This document shows, piece after piece, positions 25,557-35,205 of a DNA stretch of 64,000 nucleotides. The stretch comes from a virus. The position numbers and the translations under genes are program-made. A model generated the notes under the pieces. The model saw only the letters and a program-made list of their open reading frames with translations. It had not been told where the DNA came from and did no database searches. The stretch is from IMG/VR virus record IMGVR_UViG_3300040816_000831; one strand, written 5' to 3'. Position 1 is the stretch's first letter; the number at the start of each line of letters is the position of its first letter.

Positions 25557-27850
25557 GAATCACAATCTTCATCATTTTCATTATAAGTTTCTGATTCTCC
25601 ATCATACGCATGATGTGTTTCTCCATCTGTCATTTCTCCTGCTCCATCAAACGTATTAAAATAGTACAATTGTTTTAATCCATATTTGTATGCAGTGACA
25701 GTATCTTGTATCATCACTGACATTGGAATCTTATTATCCTCATAATGTTCTGGATTATAAGATGTATTAACAGAGATTCCTTGGTCTATATATTTCTGTA
25801 ATATACCACATATAGCTAAGTATCCTTGAGGAGATTTTTGGTCCCACAGAAGGTCGTACTTATTTTTAAGATGATGATAACCTGGCACTACTTGTGCCAT
25901 CACTCCATCTTTACTCTGTTTATATGATACTAAAGCTCTTGGAGGTTCAATACCATTTGTACTATTACTTATTTGAGCGCTTGTTTCGGCTGGCATTAAC
26001 GCCATTAGAGTCGAGTTCCGGATGCCAGTTTCTCTGAGTTGCTTACGCAAATCTTCCCACGGTAAACGTTCTCTGTACTCTACAAGATTATCTATTGCAC
26101 TCTTATAAGTATCGATTGGAAGTATTCCTAAAGAATATTTCGTATCTGTATTATATATCAATTTTCCTTTTTCAGCTGCAAGGTTTGCTGAACTTTTTAT
26201 TAAATAATATGACCATGCTTCAGCGTATTCATCAACAATTTTATATGCTGATTTGTCATATTTAAAGCCTCTCTTTGCTAAGAAATAAGCTAGATTAATA
26301 ATACCTACACCTAAAGGTCTTCTATTCATTGTACCTTTTTCAGCTGCTGGTATTGGATATCCTTGGTAATCTAATAACTCATCAAGAGCTCTTACAGTAA
26401 GGTCACAATATTTTTCAAATTCATGTGGCTCGTTTATAAGACCCCAATTGATTGCTGATAATGTACATAAGGATATTTCTCCTTCTTCATCATCTTGACT
26501 ATTTAAAGGAGTTGTTGGTAAATCAATTTCACAACATAGATTACTCATTCTTATTGGAGCTTTTTCTGCTATGAATGAACTATGGTCATTAGCATGGTCT
26601 ACATTCATAAGGTATATTCTACCAGTATCTTTTCTTTCTGTTAAGAACATTTGGAACACATCAAGTGCTGGTAATGTTTTCTTTCTTATACTCGTCATAC
26701 GTTCTGCTTTCTCATATAACTCTTTAAACTTTTCTTGGTCTACAAAGAATGATTCATATAAGCCAGGTACTTCATTAGGGTCAAAGAAAGTTATATTACC
26801 GCCTGATAATAATCTTTCATACATAAGTTTATTAAACTGAAATGCATAATCCATGTGTCTTACACGATTTTCTTCTGTGCCTTTATTGTTTTTAAGTACT
26901 ACTAGGTCTTCAAATTCATAATGCCATAAGGGCAGATATACAGTTGCGGCTCCTCCTCTTACACCTCCTTGAGAGCAGGATTTCACAGCTGATTGGAAAT
27001 ATTTTAAGAATGGAATCAATCCAGTATGTACTACTGAACCATCTCCAACTTTAGCACCATTTGCTCTTATTGAGCCAGCGCCTATTCCTATACCTGCCTT
27101 TTTACTTATGTATCTAACAATAGAAGTAGCAGTAGCATTAATAGAGTCAAGGGAATCTCCTGATTCAATAAGGACGCAAGAACTGAATTGTCGAGTTGGC
27201 GTTCTAACTCCTGCCATAATTGGTGTAGGGAGTGATATATAAAATTGAGATATTGCATCATAGTAATCCTTAACATATTTTAATCTATTTTCTTTGTACT
27301 TACCAAAAAGAGTCATTGCAATCATCATATACAATATTTGTGGAGTTTCGTATATCTTCTTTGTTCTTCTATCTTGAACTAGATACTTACCACGAAATTG
27401 TTCCATTCCTGCATATGTAAATGTATCATCTCTTTCATGTTTTAGATAGCTGTCTAATTCACATATTTCATCTTCTGTATATGTATTAACAATCTCACTA
27501 TCATACACTCCTAACTCTATATTTTCTTCTATAATTTGAGTTAATGGTGGAGGTGTATATTCTCCATAAGCTTCTTTTCTCATCTTATATGATATAAGAC
27601 GAGCTGCTACGAATTGATAGTTTGGTGTATGTTCTGAAATTAATTCAGCTGCTGATTTGATTAAAAGCTCATGGATATCATAAGCTGCGATTTTATCATA
27701 GAGTTGTATATTAGCTTTAAGTTCTATTTCAGACATTGATACGCCTGATATATCTTCAACAGCCCATTCTAAAACTTTGTGAACTTTATCTAAATCAAAT
27801 GGTTTTATTGACCCATCTCTTTTTGTGACATTTATTGTAGTTGTATTCAT
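25544..27850 (-). CDS. nrdA: Ribonucleotide reductase class Ia alpha subunit
   Basis: ATP cone VTKRDG, QFSSC, SNLCCEI, CTL, LYY, C-terminal CDSC. Confidence 0.97.
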   Translation of the reverse strand: MNTTTINVTKRDGSIKPFDLDKVHKVLEWAVEDISGVSMSEIELKANIQLYDKIAAYDIHELLIKSAAELISEHTPNYQFVAARLISYKMRKEAYGEYTPPPLTQIIEENIELGVYDSEIVNTYTEDEICELDSYLKHERDDTFTYAGMEQFRGKYLVQDRRTKKIYETPQILYMMIAMTLFGKYKENRLKYVKDYYDAISQFYISLPTPIMAGVRTPTRQFSSCVLIESGDSLDSINATATSIVRYISKKAGIGIGAGSIRANGAKVGDGSVVHTGLIPFLKYFQSAVKSCSQGGVRGGAATVYLPLWHYEFEDLVVLKNNKGTEENRVRHMDYAFQFNKLMYERLLSGGNITFFDPNEVPGLYESFFVDQEKFKELYEKAERMTSIRKKTLPALDVFQMFLTERKDTGRIYLMNVDHANDHSSFIAEKAPIRMSNLCCEIDLPTTPLNSQDDEEGEISLCTLSAINWGLINEPHEFEKYCDLTVRALDELLDYQGYPIPAAEKGTMNRRPLGVGIINLAYFLAKRGFKYDKSAYKIVDEYAEAWSYYLIKSSANLAAEKGKLIYNTDTKYSLGILPIDTYKSAIDNLVEYRERLPWEDLRKQLRETGIRNSTLMALMPAETSAQISNSTNGIEPPRALVSYKQSKDGVMAQVVPGYHHLKNKYDLLWDQKSPQGYLAICGILQKYIDQGISVNTSYNPEHYEDNKIPMSVMIQDTVTAYKYGLKQLYYFNTFDGAGEMTDGETHHAYDGESETYNENDEDCDSCKI

Positions 27851-27860
27851 TATATTATAT

Positions 27861-27889
27861 ATTATACCATACTTTCACTTGAAAGTAAA
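27861..27889 (-). promoter_or_regulatory. Sigma70-like phage promoter
   Basis: TTTACT-N17-TATAAT upstream of nrdA. Confidence 0.7.
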
Positions 27890-27905
27890 CGTTTATTTTA
27901 AGTTT

Positions 27906-28418
27906 TTAGCCTCTTATTTCGGCTACATTTTCAGGAGTCTGTACTCCAACTCCGACACCCTTCTCACCGTTAGGCATCGTAACGTTTCTATAATATATAA
28001 CGACTTCACCTAATTGTTTTATGTATCTTTTAAGTTCTTGCATATCTTCAGCCATAACTTTATAGTCACCAACTGATGTAGCTACAAAAACTACTTCGCC
28101 ATTATTTTGTTCCTTCATTTCATCAAGGAATCTATCCAAATATGTATAACCTTCTGGCCAATCAGGATTTTCTCTTTCAGATAAGTCACATGTTTTTGGT
28201 CTCTTATCTTCTATTTTTTTACATGGATTTGTTATTCTTGCTTCTGATACAACCCACCATTTAGGTGCTGTTAATTCCACAGGACGTGGTAAATCCGGTT
28301 GCATAATATCTATTTGTATTGGTTTGGATATTACTTCTACTTTTTTCGTAGGTAATAATGAACAACCACTAATCGCTAGTATTAGGATTGTTGATATTAA
28401 ATAATTTTTCTGTATCAT
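27906..28418 (-). CDS. Lipoprotein, probable o-spanin
   Basis: Lipobox ISGC, Pro-rich, overlaps upstream TM/coiled-coil gene. Confidence 0.65.
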   Translation of the reverse strand: MIQKNYLISTILILAISGCSLLPTKKVEVISKPIQIDIMQPDLPRPVELTAPKWWVVSEARITNPCKKIEDKRPKTCDLSERENPDWPEGYTYLDRFLDEMKEQNNGEVVFVATSVGDYKVMAEDMQELKRYIKQLGEVVIYYRNVTMPNGEKGVGVGVQTPENVAEIRG

Positions 28419-28752
28419 CTTCCATTCCCTCCATCACTTTTTCACTTGCATTATTAAATCTATTTTCCATTAATCCAGGCTTCTTTAGAGCAAGTAAGTC
28501 TAAATTATGTCTGGAGAATATTGCGAGATACTCTGATTTTTCCTTTTCGATTTGAGCATTTTGTCTGCTCATATTCATAAGAGCTTTACCTTGTTTTTCG
28601 TATTGCTCTTTCATAATTGCCATTGTTTGTTTTTGTTCTTCAACAGCAGCTTCTAATTTTATATTATTTTGAGTGAGTGTTTGGTTTTCATTATATAGAT
28701 AATAACCACCTAATCCCATCACAAGAATAATACCAATAAACATTTGATTCAT
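28369..28752 (-). CDS. Probable i-spanin
   Basis: N-terminal TM, long coiled coil, KPGL.E motif. Confidence 0.65.
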   Translation of the reverse strand: MNQMFIGIILVMGLGGYYLYNENQTLTQNNIKLEAAVEEQKQTMAIMKEQYEKQGKALMNMSRQNAQIEKEKSEYLAIFSRHNLDLLALKKPGLMENRFNNASEKVMEGMEDDTEKLFNINNPNTSD

Positions 28753-28994
28753 TATTCGTCCTCTATCTTATATCTGAGCCCTTGCATACCTCTAATATGT
28801 ATAACTCTTTTGTCATCAGTTCTAAACTTTAATTCTTTGAAATTTGCTTTGATTACTTTTCTCACATGCTCATAAACTTGGTCGTCGGCATTACCCCATT
28901 GGCTATCGAATGATACGTATATTGTATATCTTTTTTGAAATAAGCGAATAAACCATTTGATTTTTTCCCACAAGTTAATAACAAAATCTTTCAT
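28752..28994 (-). CDS. Hypothetical protein
   Basis: Coupled ORF. Confidence 0.55.
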   Translation of the reverse strand: MKDFVINLWEKIKWFIRLFQKRYTIYVSFDSQWGNADDQVYEHVRKVIKANFKELKFRTDDKRVIHIRGMQGLRYKIEDE

Positions 28995-28995
28995 A

Positions 28996-29289
28996 TTATA
29001 ATTTTTCGATATCTACGCCAAGAACATCTAATACTACTTTACGTATTTTTTTATCATCTGTTCCCCAATGCTTACTGTATGAGTTAAATTTAATAGAATC
29101 TCTATTAATATTTACATCTCTACCATATACATCATATCCAGCCTTTTTAAATGCCTGTTCAACGTCATATCCGTATGCGCCATTTCTTAGCTTAAGTTCC
29201 ATTCCACCAGGTCTCCAGTACCTAAAGTCGTTTTTATCAAACTTATAAGCTTCACTTAAACTCTTTTTAAATTCATTAAATGTTTTCAT
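28996..29289 (-). CDS. Putative internal head protein
   Basis: MKTFNEFKKSLSE capsid-targeting-like start. Confidence 0.6.
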   Translation of the reverse strand: MKTFNEFKKSLSEAYKFDKNDFRYWRPGGMELKLRNGAYGYDVEQAFKKAGYDVYGRDVNINRDSIKFNSYSKHWGTDDKKIRKVVLDVLGVDIEKL

Positions 29290-29509
29290 CTATCTTGCTC
29301 CCTTTCAGCATTTTCTTGTTTCTGCTATCTAATATTCTTCTAATAAAGGCTTTACCTTCTTTAGTTCTACCATCGTAAACTCTTTTCTTATGTTTTTTAT
29401 GAGCTGCTTTACCCATTGCATCTGCTGGCATTGATACACCACCGCCACCTACAGAATTTGCAGCTGCGTCTTCCCACATTGCTTCGTATTCTTTAAATGT
29501 TCTTCTCAT
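29276..29509 (-). CDS. Putative internal head protein
   Basis: MRRTFKEYE; ED.AAN.VG and YDGRTK motifs. Confidence 0.6.
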   Translation of the reverse strand: MRRTFKEYEAMWEDAAANSVGGGGVSMPADAMGKAAHKKHKKRVYDGRTKEGKAFIRRILDSRNKKMLKGSKIDENI

Positions 29510-29960
29510 TTCTTATTTTTTTACCTATAGCTTTTATATCTGACATTTTTAATTTCTTTTTCTTTAAACCTTTTATTGACTTTGATACTTTCTTACGAGT
29601 TTTTGCTGGTACTAATACTAATAATAAAGCTCCTAAAGTTACTGTAGCTCCAACAATTAATACCTTTTCAAATATTGCAGCAGCTAATGTTGCTGAAATA
29701 TTTCCACCTAACCCCTTTGCAATATCCATTACTAATTGAGTTCCAAACTCTTGAGTTTCTATAATACTATTCCAACCATATTTGGCAGCTATGCCTCCTA
29801 ATACAGTTCCACCTATTGCACCTTTTATTCCTCCAAAAGGAAAAGGAGCAACCAATTTAGCAACATTGATACCAGCTCTTGTTAATCCAAAACTGAGTAT
29901 GCGCGCTGCAGCTATAAAAGGAAATGCTTCATCTAACTGAGCATGCTCTTTAAATGTCAT
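29493..29960 (-). CDS. Putative internal protein with hydrophobic helices
   Basis: MTFKEHAQLDE start then Gly-rich hydrophobic segments. Confidence 0.55.
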   Translation of the reverse strand: MTFKEHAQLDEAFPFIAAARILSFGLTRAGINVAKLVAPFPFGGIKGAIGGTVLGGIAAKYGWNSIIETQEFGTQLVMDIAKGLGGNISATLAAAIFEKVLIVGATVTLGALLLVLVPAKTRKKVSKSIKGLKKKKLKMSDIKAIGKKIRNEKNI

Positions 29961-30553
29961 TACCTGCATATGTCACCATTAGTTATATAAAGGTCTTGAT
30001 TCGTCTTTGAATGTTTGACCCTATAGATATTTATATTCGAGAAGCTTCCAATTGGTGCTTGTAATTCTTTTACTACAACTCTTTGATTTTTTAAAGCAAT
30101 AACTTCACCTGTTGTAGCTGATGCTATATCTTCTGTTAATATGTAATTACCTGGAAAGAGATTAAAGTCTTCGTCTTGATACCATGTACTTTCATTAAGT
30201 TCACTTGAATCAATGTCAATTTCCAATACTTTTTCTAGAGTCTCTAACATTTTCTTTTCTGTCATTCCAGTATGTTCTTTTATAAGAAAAAGAGCTGCGC
30301 CATAACGAGCTACTACAGACTTTCCGCCTGGCACTTTACCTATTAGTCTTTTAAGATTAAAAACGAGTCTATGAAAAACAGTATAAGCTGATTTTTGTTC
30401 TGGCTTAGTTCTTTGTGATGCCTTTTTAAGTACTTTACCTTTATCATCTATAATACCAAGTTCAAAAGCTTTTGTCTTTTCAAACGGAGTGACAAGCAAC
30501 TTTAGAAACCTAAAGGCATAAAATAAATCTCCTGCTCTTGATATAATTCCCAT
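29960..30553 (-). CDS. Conserved T4-like late protein
   Basis: RFLKLL..PF..T.A..LGIID..G, FHRLVFNLKR. Confidence 0.7.
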   Translation of the reverse strand: MGIISRAGDLFYAFRFLKLLVTPFEKTKAFELGIIDDKGKVLKKASQRTKPEQKSAYTVFHRLVFNLKRLIGKVPGGKSVVARYGAALFLIKEHTGMTEKKMLETLEKVLEIDIDSSELNESTWYQDEDFNLFPGNYILTEDIASATTGEVIALKNQRVVVKELQAPIGSFSNINIYRVKHSKTNQDLYITNGDICR

Positions 30554-30927
30554 TATAGTTTTCTTAATGCCTCCACAATACTTGGGTCCATTACAATTTC
30601 AACCTTTTCATCCTCTGGCAGATAATGAAGATAAACTAAAAATGGTTTAATATATTGATAGTGATTTTTCTCTATCTTAAACCACATCATTTTATTGCAT
30701 GCTTGTATACCAAATACGTTATAAAGAACTATTATGTGATTGAGAATTAGCCTCTCTTGTAATTCACCGTGTTCTTCGTATCTTGTAAGCAGCCTTTTAA
30801 GATATTTAAATCTTGAAAGGTCATTCTTAAATTCTTCAACATCCGTACATTCCGGATTGTTATAATTTTGAGCTGCAAAAAGTTTAAAGTTTTTGTCTGT
30901 CAATTCATCAAATAATTTTTTCATCAT
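30553..30927 (-). CDS. Conserved T4-like hypothetical protein
   Basis: Y.NP.C...EF..DL.RFKY.KRL, RLILNH...YNVFG. Confidence 0.75.
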   Translation of the reverse strand: MMKKLFDELTDKNFKLFAAQNYNNPECTDVEEFKNDLSRFKYLKRLLTRYEEHGELQERLILNHIIVLYNVFGIQACNKMMWFKIEKNHYQYIKPFLVYLHYLPEDEKVEIVMDPSIVEALRKL

Positions 30928-30950
30928 ATATTATATATAACGAAAGTTAA

Positions 30951-31448
30951 TTATGTTTCTAAAGTAAAATCTGTGCTCTTATTAAGAAAAACTACTTCCC
31001 ATCTATCATCAGATGATATAAAGCAATAATGTATTTTTCCTTTATTTGGTCCTTCAATTATTTGCCATATCCAACTTGTATGTCCATAAGGAACTTTTTT
31101 ACCTTTGGATTCATCTGCAATAGCTCTCATAAATATCTTCATTCTATTTTGAGCATTCCAGAAATTTCCATATTTGATATCATCAGTGTCCCATATATGC
31201 TTATATTTTTGTTGTAAGTCTTTATAGTTTTTAGCAAGAACATGTTTTTTTTCAGCTGGTTTTCCTGAAGGAACTGAACCTAGACCAAGTACTTGAACTC
31301 TACCACCATAAACGTTTTGTCCACTTACTCCATAGTTTTGCGCTGAACGACCTGTATGAATTACATTTACTTTAAGACCTGGCTTTAATTTTGCAATAGA
31401 AACTTTAGCTTCATTTAATTCTTGTCTAAGTGTAAAATAATCTTTCAT
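30951..31448 (-). CDS. Putative internal head protein
   Basis: MKDYFTLRQELNE start. Confidence 0.55.
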   Translation of the reverse strand: MKDYFTLRQELNEAKVSIAKLKPGLKVNVIHTGRSAQNYGVSGQNVYGGRVQVLGLGSVPSGKPAEKKHVLAKNYKDLQQKYKHIWDTDDIKYGNFWNAQNRMKIFMRAIADESKGKKVPYGHTSWIWQIIEGPNKGKIHYCFISSDDRWEVVFLNKSTDFTLET

Positions 31449-32590
31449 TATTCCTCCTCGTCATCGTTGTCATCAGAACTTTCGTCAAACATACCTGAAT
31501 CTTTCATCATTTTAAGAGCATCTTTTTTAGCTCTATCTAAATTTTGCTTATTGATTTTTTCAACAGATTTTTTAATCATCTCGTATCTTTTTTTCATTTG
31601 AGCTGCTGACATAGCTTCTTGAACTTCTTCTTCATCATCAGATTTTCCTTTAGCGTCAATTTCTTCTGCTTTAGCTTTATAGTTCTTATCAATATAGTTA
31701 AAGAATTCTTTCTTTTTAGAATCATCTAAATCGCCAGGTGATTCAACTCCGAATTTTTTAAGAGCAGCATTAAAGAATTTTTGATAAGCTTTTTGCTTTT
31801 CTGATTCTTTTAATTTAGCTTCATCTTCTTCAGGCTCAACTTCTTCCATTAACTCAGGAAATAGTTCTTCTATTTCGTCATTGTCCATGAGGTAAGCATC
31901 TGATTTTAGAAATTTAATAAGATTATCATTACTTCCACTTACGTCAGCAGTAGTATTACCTGTTGATTTAATTTTTACTTTAAATTTCTTTTCAAGCTTT
32001 TTTGATAAATCGTTATCTCCTATATAGTCAACATCTATTTTAGCTTCATCTATAGTAATAGTAGATTCATTGACAGATTCGTCTAAATCATCTTCTAACT
32101 GACGTATTCCGTATTCTAAAGCATTTTGACCTTGAGATAATTCTTGATAAGAATCAGAATCTTCTATATCTTTAGATATTTTTCCAATTAAGTCTCCTGT
32201 TTTTTCGATAGCTTTCTCTAAGTCTCTAACTAGTTTTTTCTCTTTAAAGCCTAATGCTTCTTTTACTACAGTACCGTCTTCCTTTTCTCCAACCTTTTTG
32301 CCTTTATGCTTATCAGCAAAGTCTTTTTCACCAGAATCTTGTCCTAGTTTTCCAGATGGTTTTTGTGGTTGTGCTACTTCGTTCTTCTTATGTGTGTAAC
32401 CTTTAGCTGAAAGAGCTTTATGCTCAGCTTCATCTTTAGCTACTTCCTTCTCACCAGTTTCAGGATGAAACATATCGTGTGGATATTTAACTTCCTCTGT
32501 TAATATTGGAGCTTTACCATCAAGTACATCTTGTACTGCACTAGCAATGCTCGTTGTTATGTCGTCATTAAACATATTATTGTTGTTCAT
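31448..32590 (-). CDS. Acidic multi-module head/core-like protein
   Basis: E/K rich, ESVNE-type linkers, YQKFF..ALKKFG module. Confidence 0.6.
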   Translation of the reverse strand: MNNNNMFNDDITTSIASAVQDVLDGKAPILTEEVKYPHDMFHPETGEKEVAKDEAEHKALSAKGYTHKKNEVAQPQKPSGKLGQDSGEKDFADKHKGKKVGEKEDGTVVKEALGFKEKKLVRDLEKAIEKTGDLIGKISKDIEDSDSYQELSQGQNALEYGIRQLEDDLDESVNESTITIDEAKIDVDYIGDNDLSKKLEKKFKVKIKSTGNTTADVSGSNDNLIKFLKSDAYLMDNDEIEELFPELMEEVEPEEDEAKLKESEKQKAYQKFFNAALKKFGVESPGDLDDSKKKEFFNYIDKNYKAKAEEIDAKGKSDDEEEVQEAMSAAQMKKRYEMIKKSVEKINKQNLDRAKKDALKMMKDSGMFDESSDDNDDEEE

Positions 32591-32601
32591 TTTATTCTCC
32601 G

Positions 32602-32913
32602 TTAATTGCTTAAATGAATTATATATTCCCAAGTTATCGCTGATATTAAACCAACTAATATAACCCAGAATATTCTATTTATTACATTAACCGTGCTCGC
32701 ATTGCTATTCACTAATTGCTCCACTCGGTCTATTCTATTTATAAGACTTTGTATTTGTTCTGACTGTTGCTTATTAAATTCAGCCAGTGTTGAAATCTTT
32801 TCCTCAGCTCTTGCTAGCGCTATTATCGCCTGAGTCATTTGGTCTAATTTCTCTTCAATTCTATCTAATCTTGCAGATTGTACTGTATATACTTGTTGCA
32901 ATTCTCTATCCAT
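32602..32913 (-). CDS. Coiled-coil protein with C-terminal TM
   Basis: RLDRIEEKLD...LARAEEKI; C-terminal hydrophobic helix. Confidence 0.65.
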   Translation of the reverse strand: MDRELQQVYTVQSARLDRIEEKLDQMTQAIIALARAEEKISTLAEFNKQQSEQIQSLINRIDRVEQLVNSNASTVNVINRIFWVILVGLISAITWEYIIHLSN

Positions 32914-33178
32914 GTTTGATAATCCTACATTTAAGGTTATTATATCCTTTAATTAATCTATGATATTCTCCTTTTGGAATATCAAAAATCATTCCAGGCT
33001 CTAACAAATATGGCAAACAGTTTTCATATTGAAAACGCCATCCCTCGCCCTCGAGTATTTCAACTTCGCGTGGTTCATTATCACGATGCCAAACATATTC
33101 TTCATCATCTCGATCGAGGAAGAATTCTCTTATCTCACCGCCAATTATTTCTTCGGATGCAAAGGGTAGGTCTACCAA
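32906..33178 (-). CDS. Small cupin-fold protein
   Basis: WHRD...E...G and IP...YHRLIKG. Confidence 0.65.
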   Translation of the reverse strand: MVDLPFASEEIIGGEIREFFLDRDDEEYVWHRDNEPREVEILEGEGWRFQYENCLPYLLEPGMIFDIPKGEYHRLIKGYNNLKCRIIKHG

Positions 33179-33543
33179 AAGTAATTACCTCCGCCTTTTA
33201 ATCCTAAGTCTTTAGCGTACTTAGGTAATCTACAAGCCCAGTAACCCGCTTTCGTTTTATCAGTCTTTGTATCACAGTTATGTCTTGAAGCAAAGTTTCT
33301 TGCAGCATCACGGTCATTTATCTTTGATGATAAACCACCTTTCTTATCTCCAAAATTAATCTTCATTACATTACCTGTTTTTGGATTCTTTACGTATACA
33401 ACGTATTTACTTGGACCACCAGACCTTTTAGGTTTGTTTAATTCTGGTCCTTCAATCATTGGTTGTTCCAAAGGTACGTGTTGACCAGTCTCTTCGTATA
33501 AACCGAATGTTGTTGTGAACTCTTTAAAATTAACCAAACTCAT
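33172..33543 (-). CDS. Conserved virion-associated hypothetical protein
   Basis: K..VYVKNP..G.V...FGD, F..RH.C, AGYWAC. Confidence 0.65.
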   Translation of the reverse strand: MSLVNFKEFTTTFGLYEETGQHVPLEQPMIEGPELNKPKRSGGPSKYVVYVKNPKTGNVMKINFGDKKGGLSSKINDRDAARNFASRHNCDTKTDKTKAGYWACRLPKYAKDLGLKGGGNYFW

Positions 33544-33880
33544 GGCCAGCTACTCTCTTCATTTGTTTTGTATACTCTTTAAAATCTGGTTTAGACTTAT
33601 ATAACTTAATAGTTACTTCATCTCTGTCTTTACCTTTAATTCTCCAATTAAAACCTTTTTCTTTATGCTCAGGACTTGTTGTTTGTACGACTCTTCTTTT
33701 ATATCCATCTTCCCAAGTTTCTTTTTTACCTGAACCTTCTGATGCTTGCTTCATAGCCTTTGCTGTAGGAGCACCTTTCTCTCCTTTTTTACGCATTGGT
33801 CTACCACTCTTTCTTTTCTTATGAATATTGGCCCAGAGTCCTGCGCCTTTTTCATCTAGAAATGTCTTGAATGTTATCAT
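33530..33880 (-). CDS. Putative internal head protein
   Basis: MITFKTFLDE; GLWANIH.KR basic module. Confidence 0.6.
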   Translation of the reverse strand: MITFKTFLDEKGAGLWANIHKKRKSGRPMRKKGEKGAPTAKAMKQASEGSGKKETWEDGYKRRVVQTTSPEHKEKGFNWRIKGKDRDEVTIKLYKSKPDFKEYTKQMKRVAGHEFG

Positions 33881-34383
33881 TTTAACCTTCTATCTTTAAT
33901 TTTCATATCAGGATTTTTTTCAATTTGTTTTATTGTATCAGAAATTTTATCAAATGATTTAGTTATCTTTGCAATATCTGCTTTATACATTGCTTTTTCT
34001 TCTTTAGAGAGTTCATCAATCATTTTTCTTTCTGTTTCGAGTCTTAATCTTGCATCAATATAATGTACTTTTGCTGTTCTTAAATCTTCTGCTGATTTAG
34101 CTTTTTTCATAGCTTTTTCAGCTTTTCTAGTAGCTCTTGCTAGTTTGCTATATCTACCGTATAAGCCTGATATACTCCACTTAGTACCATAATATAATCC
34201 TTGGCCGCCCTTAACCATTATTTTAACTAAAATTTTAGTTATGTTCCATGTTATTTTTAAAACATCATAGATAAATTCTTGAACAAGAATTGTTGGGTCT
34301 GACGATTTAGCTAGAGTTCTTACAAGATCGCCTCTATCGTCTAAAAATTCTTTTATTTCTGAATGTTCTTTAAATGTTTTCAT
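33877..34383 (-). CDS. Putative internal head protein
   Basis: MKTFKEHSEIKE. Confidence 0.6.
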   Translation of the reverse strand: MKTFKEHSEIKEFLDDRGDLVRTLAKSSDPTILVQEFIYDVLKITWNITKILVKIMVKGGQGLYYGTKWSISGLYGRYSKLARATRKAEKAMKKAKSAEDLRTAKVHYIDARLRLETERKMIDELSKEEKAMYKADIAKITKSFDKISDTIKQIEKNPDMKIKDRRLK

Positions 34384-34616
34384 TTTTTTATGTCGTACCT
34401 AAATGTTTTATTTTTTTCTTGGCCTTTTTTCGTTATTTTAAATCCAGCATATTTTGCTAATTGTTGTATAAATGGATAATGCTTTTCAAAATTTCCTCTT
34501 AACTTATCTTTAAGAATTTTGTCGCGAATTTCTTTCCACAAAACATCTGCCATATCCATATCGGCCATTACTAATGGTCCTTCCTCTATTTTAGCATGCT
34601 CTTTGAAATTCTTCAT
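34380..34616 (-). CDS. Putative internal head protein
   Basis: MKNFKEHAKIEE. Confidence 0.6.
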   Translation of the reverse strand: MKNFKEHAKIEEGPLVMADMDMADVLWKEIRDKILKDKLRGNFEKHYPFIQQLAKYAGFKITKKGQEKNKTFRYDIKK

Positions 34617-34957
34617 TAATCTTCCAGTGTTACTTTTCCATCCCACTTACCATCTTCAATATCAATCATGTAATCATACAATGCCGCTTCTGCAGTAAAT
34701 AAACCATCTGTAATTTTAGCAGGGTCACCAGCTGCTCTATTATTATATTGAAATTTTGAATGAAAATCATGAGCCTTTTCAATCATTTTTAACATTTTTT
34801 TAATGTTTTTAAGTTCAAGTTTTCTATCAAAATCAGAACCTTTAAGCTCAGCTGGACTTTTAGAATGATACTTAAGTCTTTCGTTGACTATTTCTTCTTC
34901 TGCTTCTTCTTGTACAGGTTCTACTATGTTAATATATGTTTCTTTCCATCCTTTCAT
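34616..34957 (-). CDS. Putative internal head protein
   Basis: MKGWKETY...IVNE. Confidence 0.5.
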   Translation of the reverse strand: MKGWKETYINIVEPVQEEAEEEIVNERLKYHSKSPAELKGSDFDRKLELKNIKKMLKMIEKAHDFHSKFQYNNRAAGDPAKITDGLFTAEAALYDYMIDIEDGKWDGKVTLED

Positions 34958-34959
34958 GA

Positions 34960-35205
34960 TTAATCCCTCGGTGTTGGTTTAGACAAAATACTTCTTGCCT
35001 TTGCTTTATCTTTTTTTAACAGTTCACCTGCATCAGTTAAGTATCCTTCGGTCTCTCCATAAGAAAGTTTTCTCCAAGATTTACCATCTTCGTGTGCAAG
35101 CCATTTGGCTATTCTTAACCCATCGAAAGCGCCACCATCATTCTTAGTGTATACACCTTCGTTAACAAACTCATCAATATTTTTTCTTAGTTGTTTAAAT
35201 TTCAT
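34960..35205 (-). CDS. Putative internal head protein
   Basis: MKFKQLRKNIDEFVNE. Confidence 0.55.
   Translation of the reverse strand: MKFKQLRKNIDEFVNEGVYTKNDGGAFDGLRIAKWLAHEDGKSWRKLSYGETEGYLTDAGELLKKDKAKARSILSKPTPRD

Noticed and set aside
23290-27850. Introns, inteins or homing element in nrdA/nrdB
   Set aside because: Both genes are uninterrupted and normal length; the GIY-YIG ORF is free-standing with no evidence of mobility
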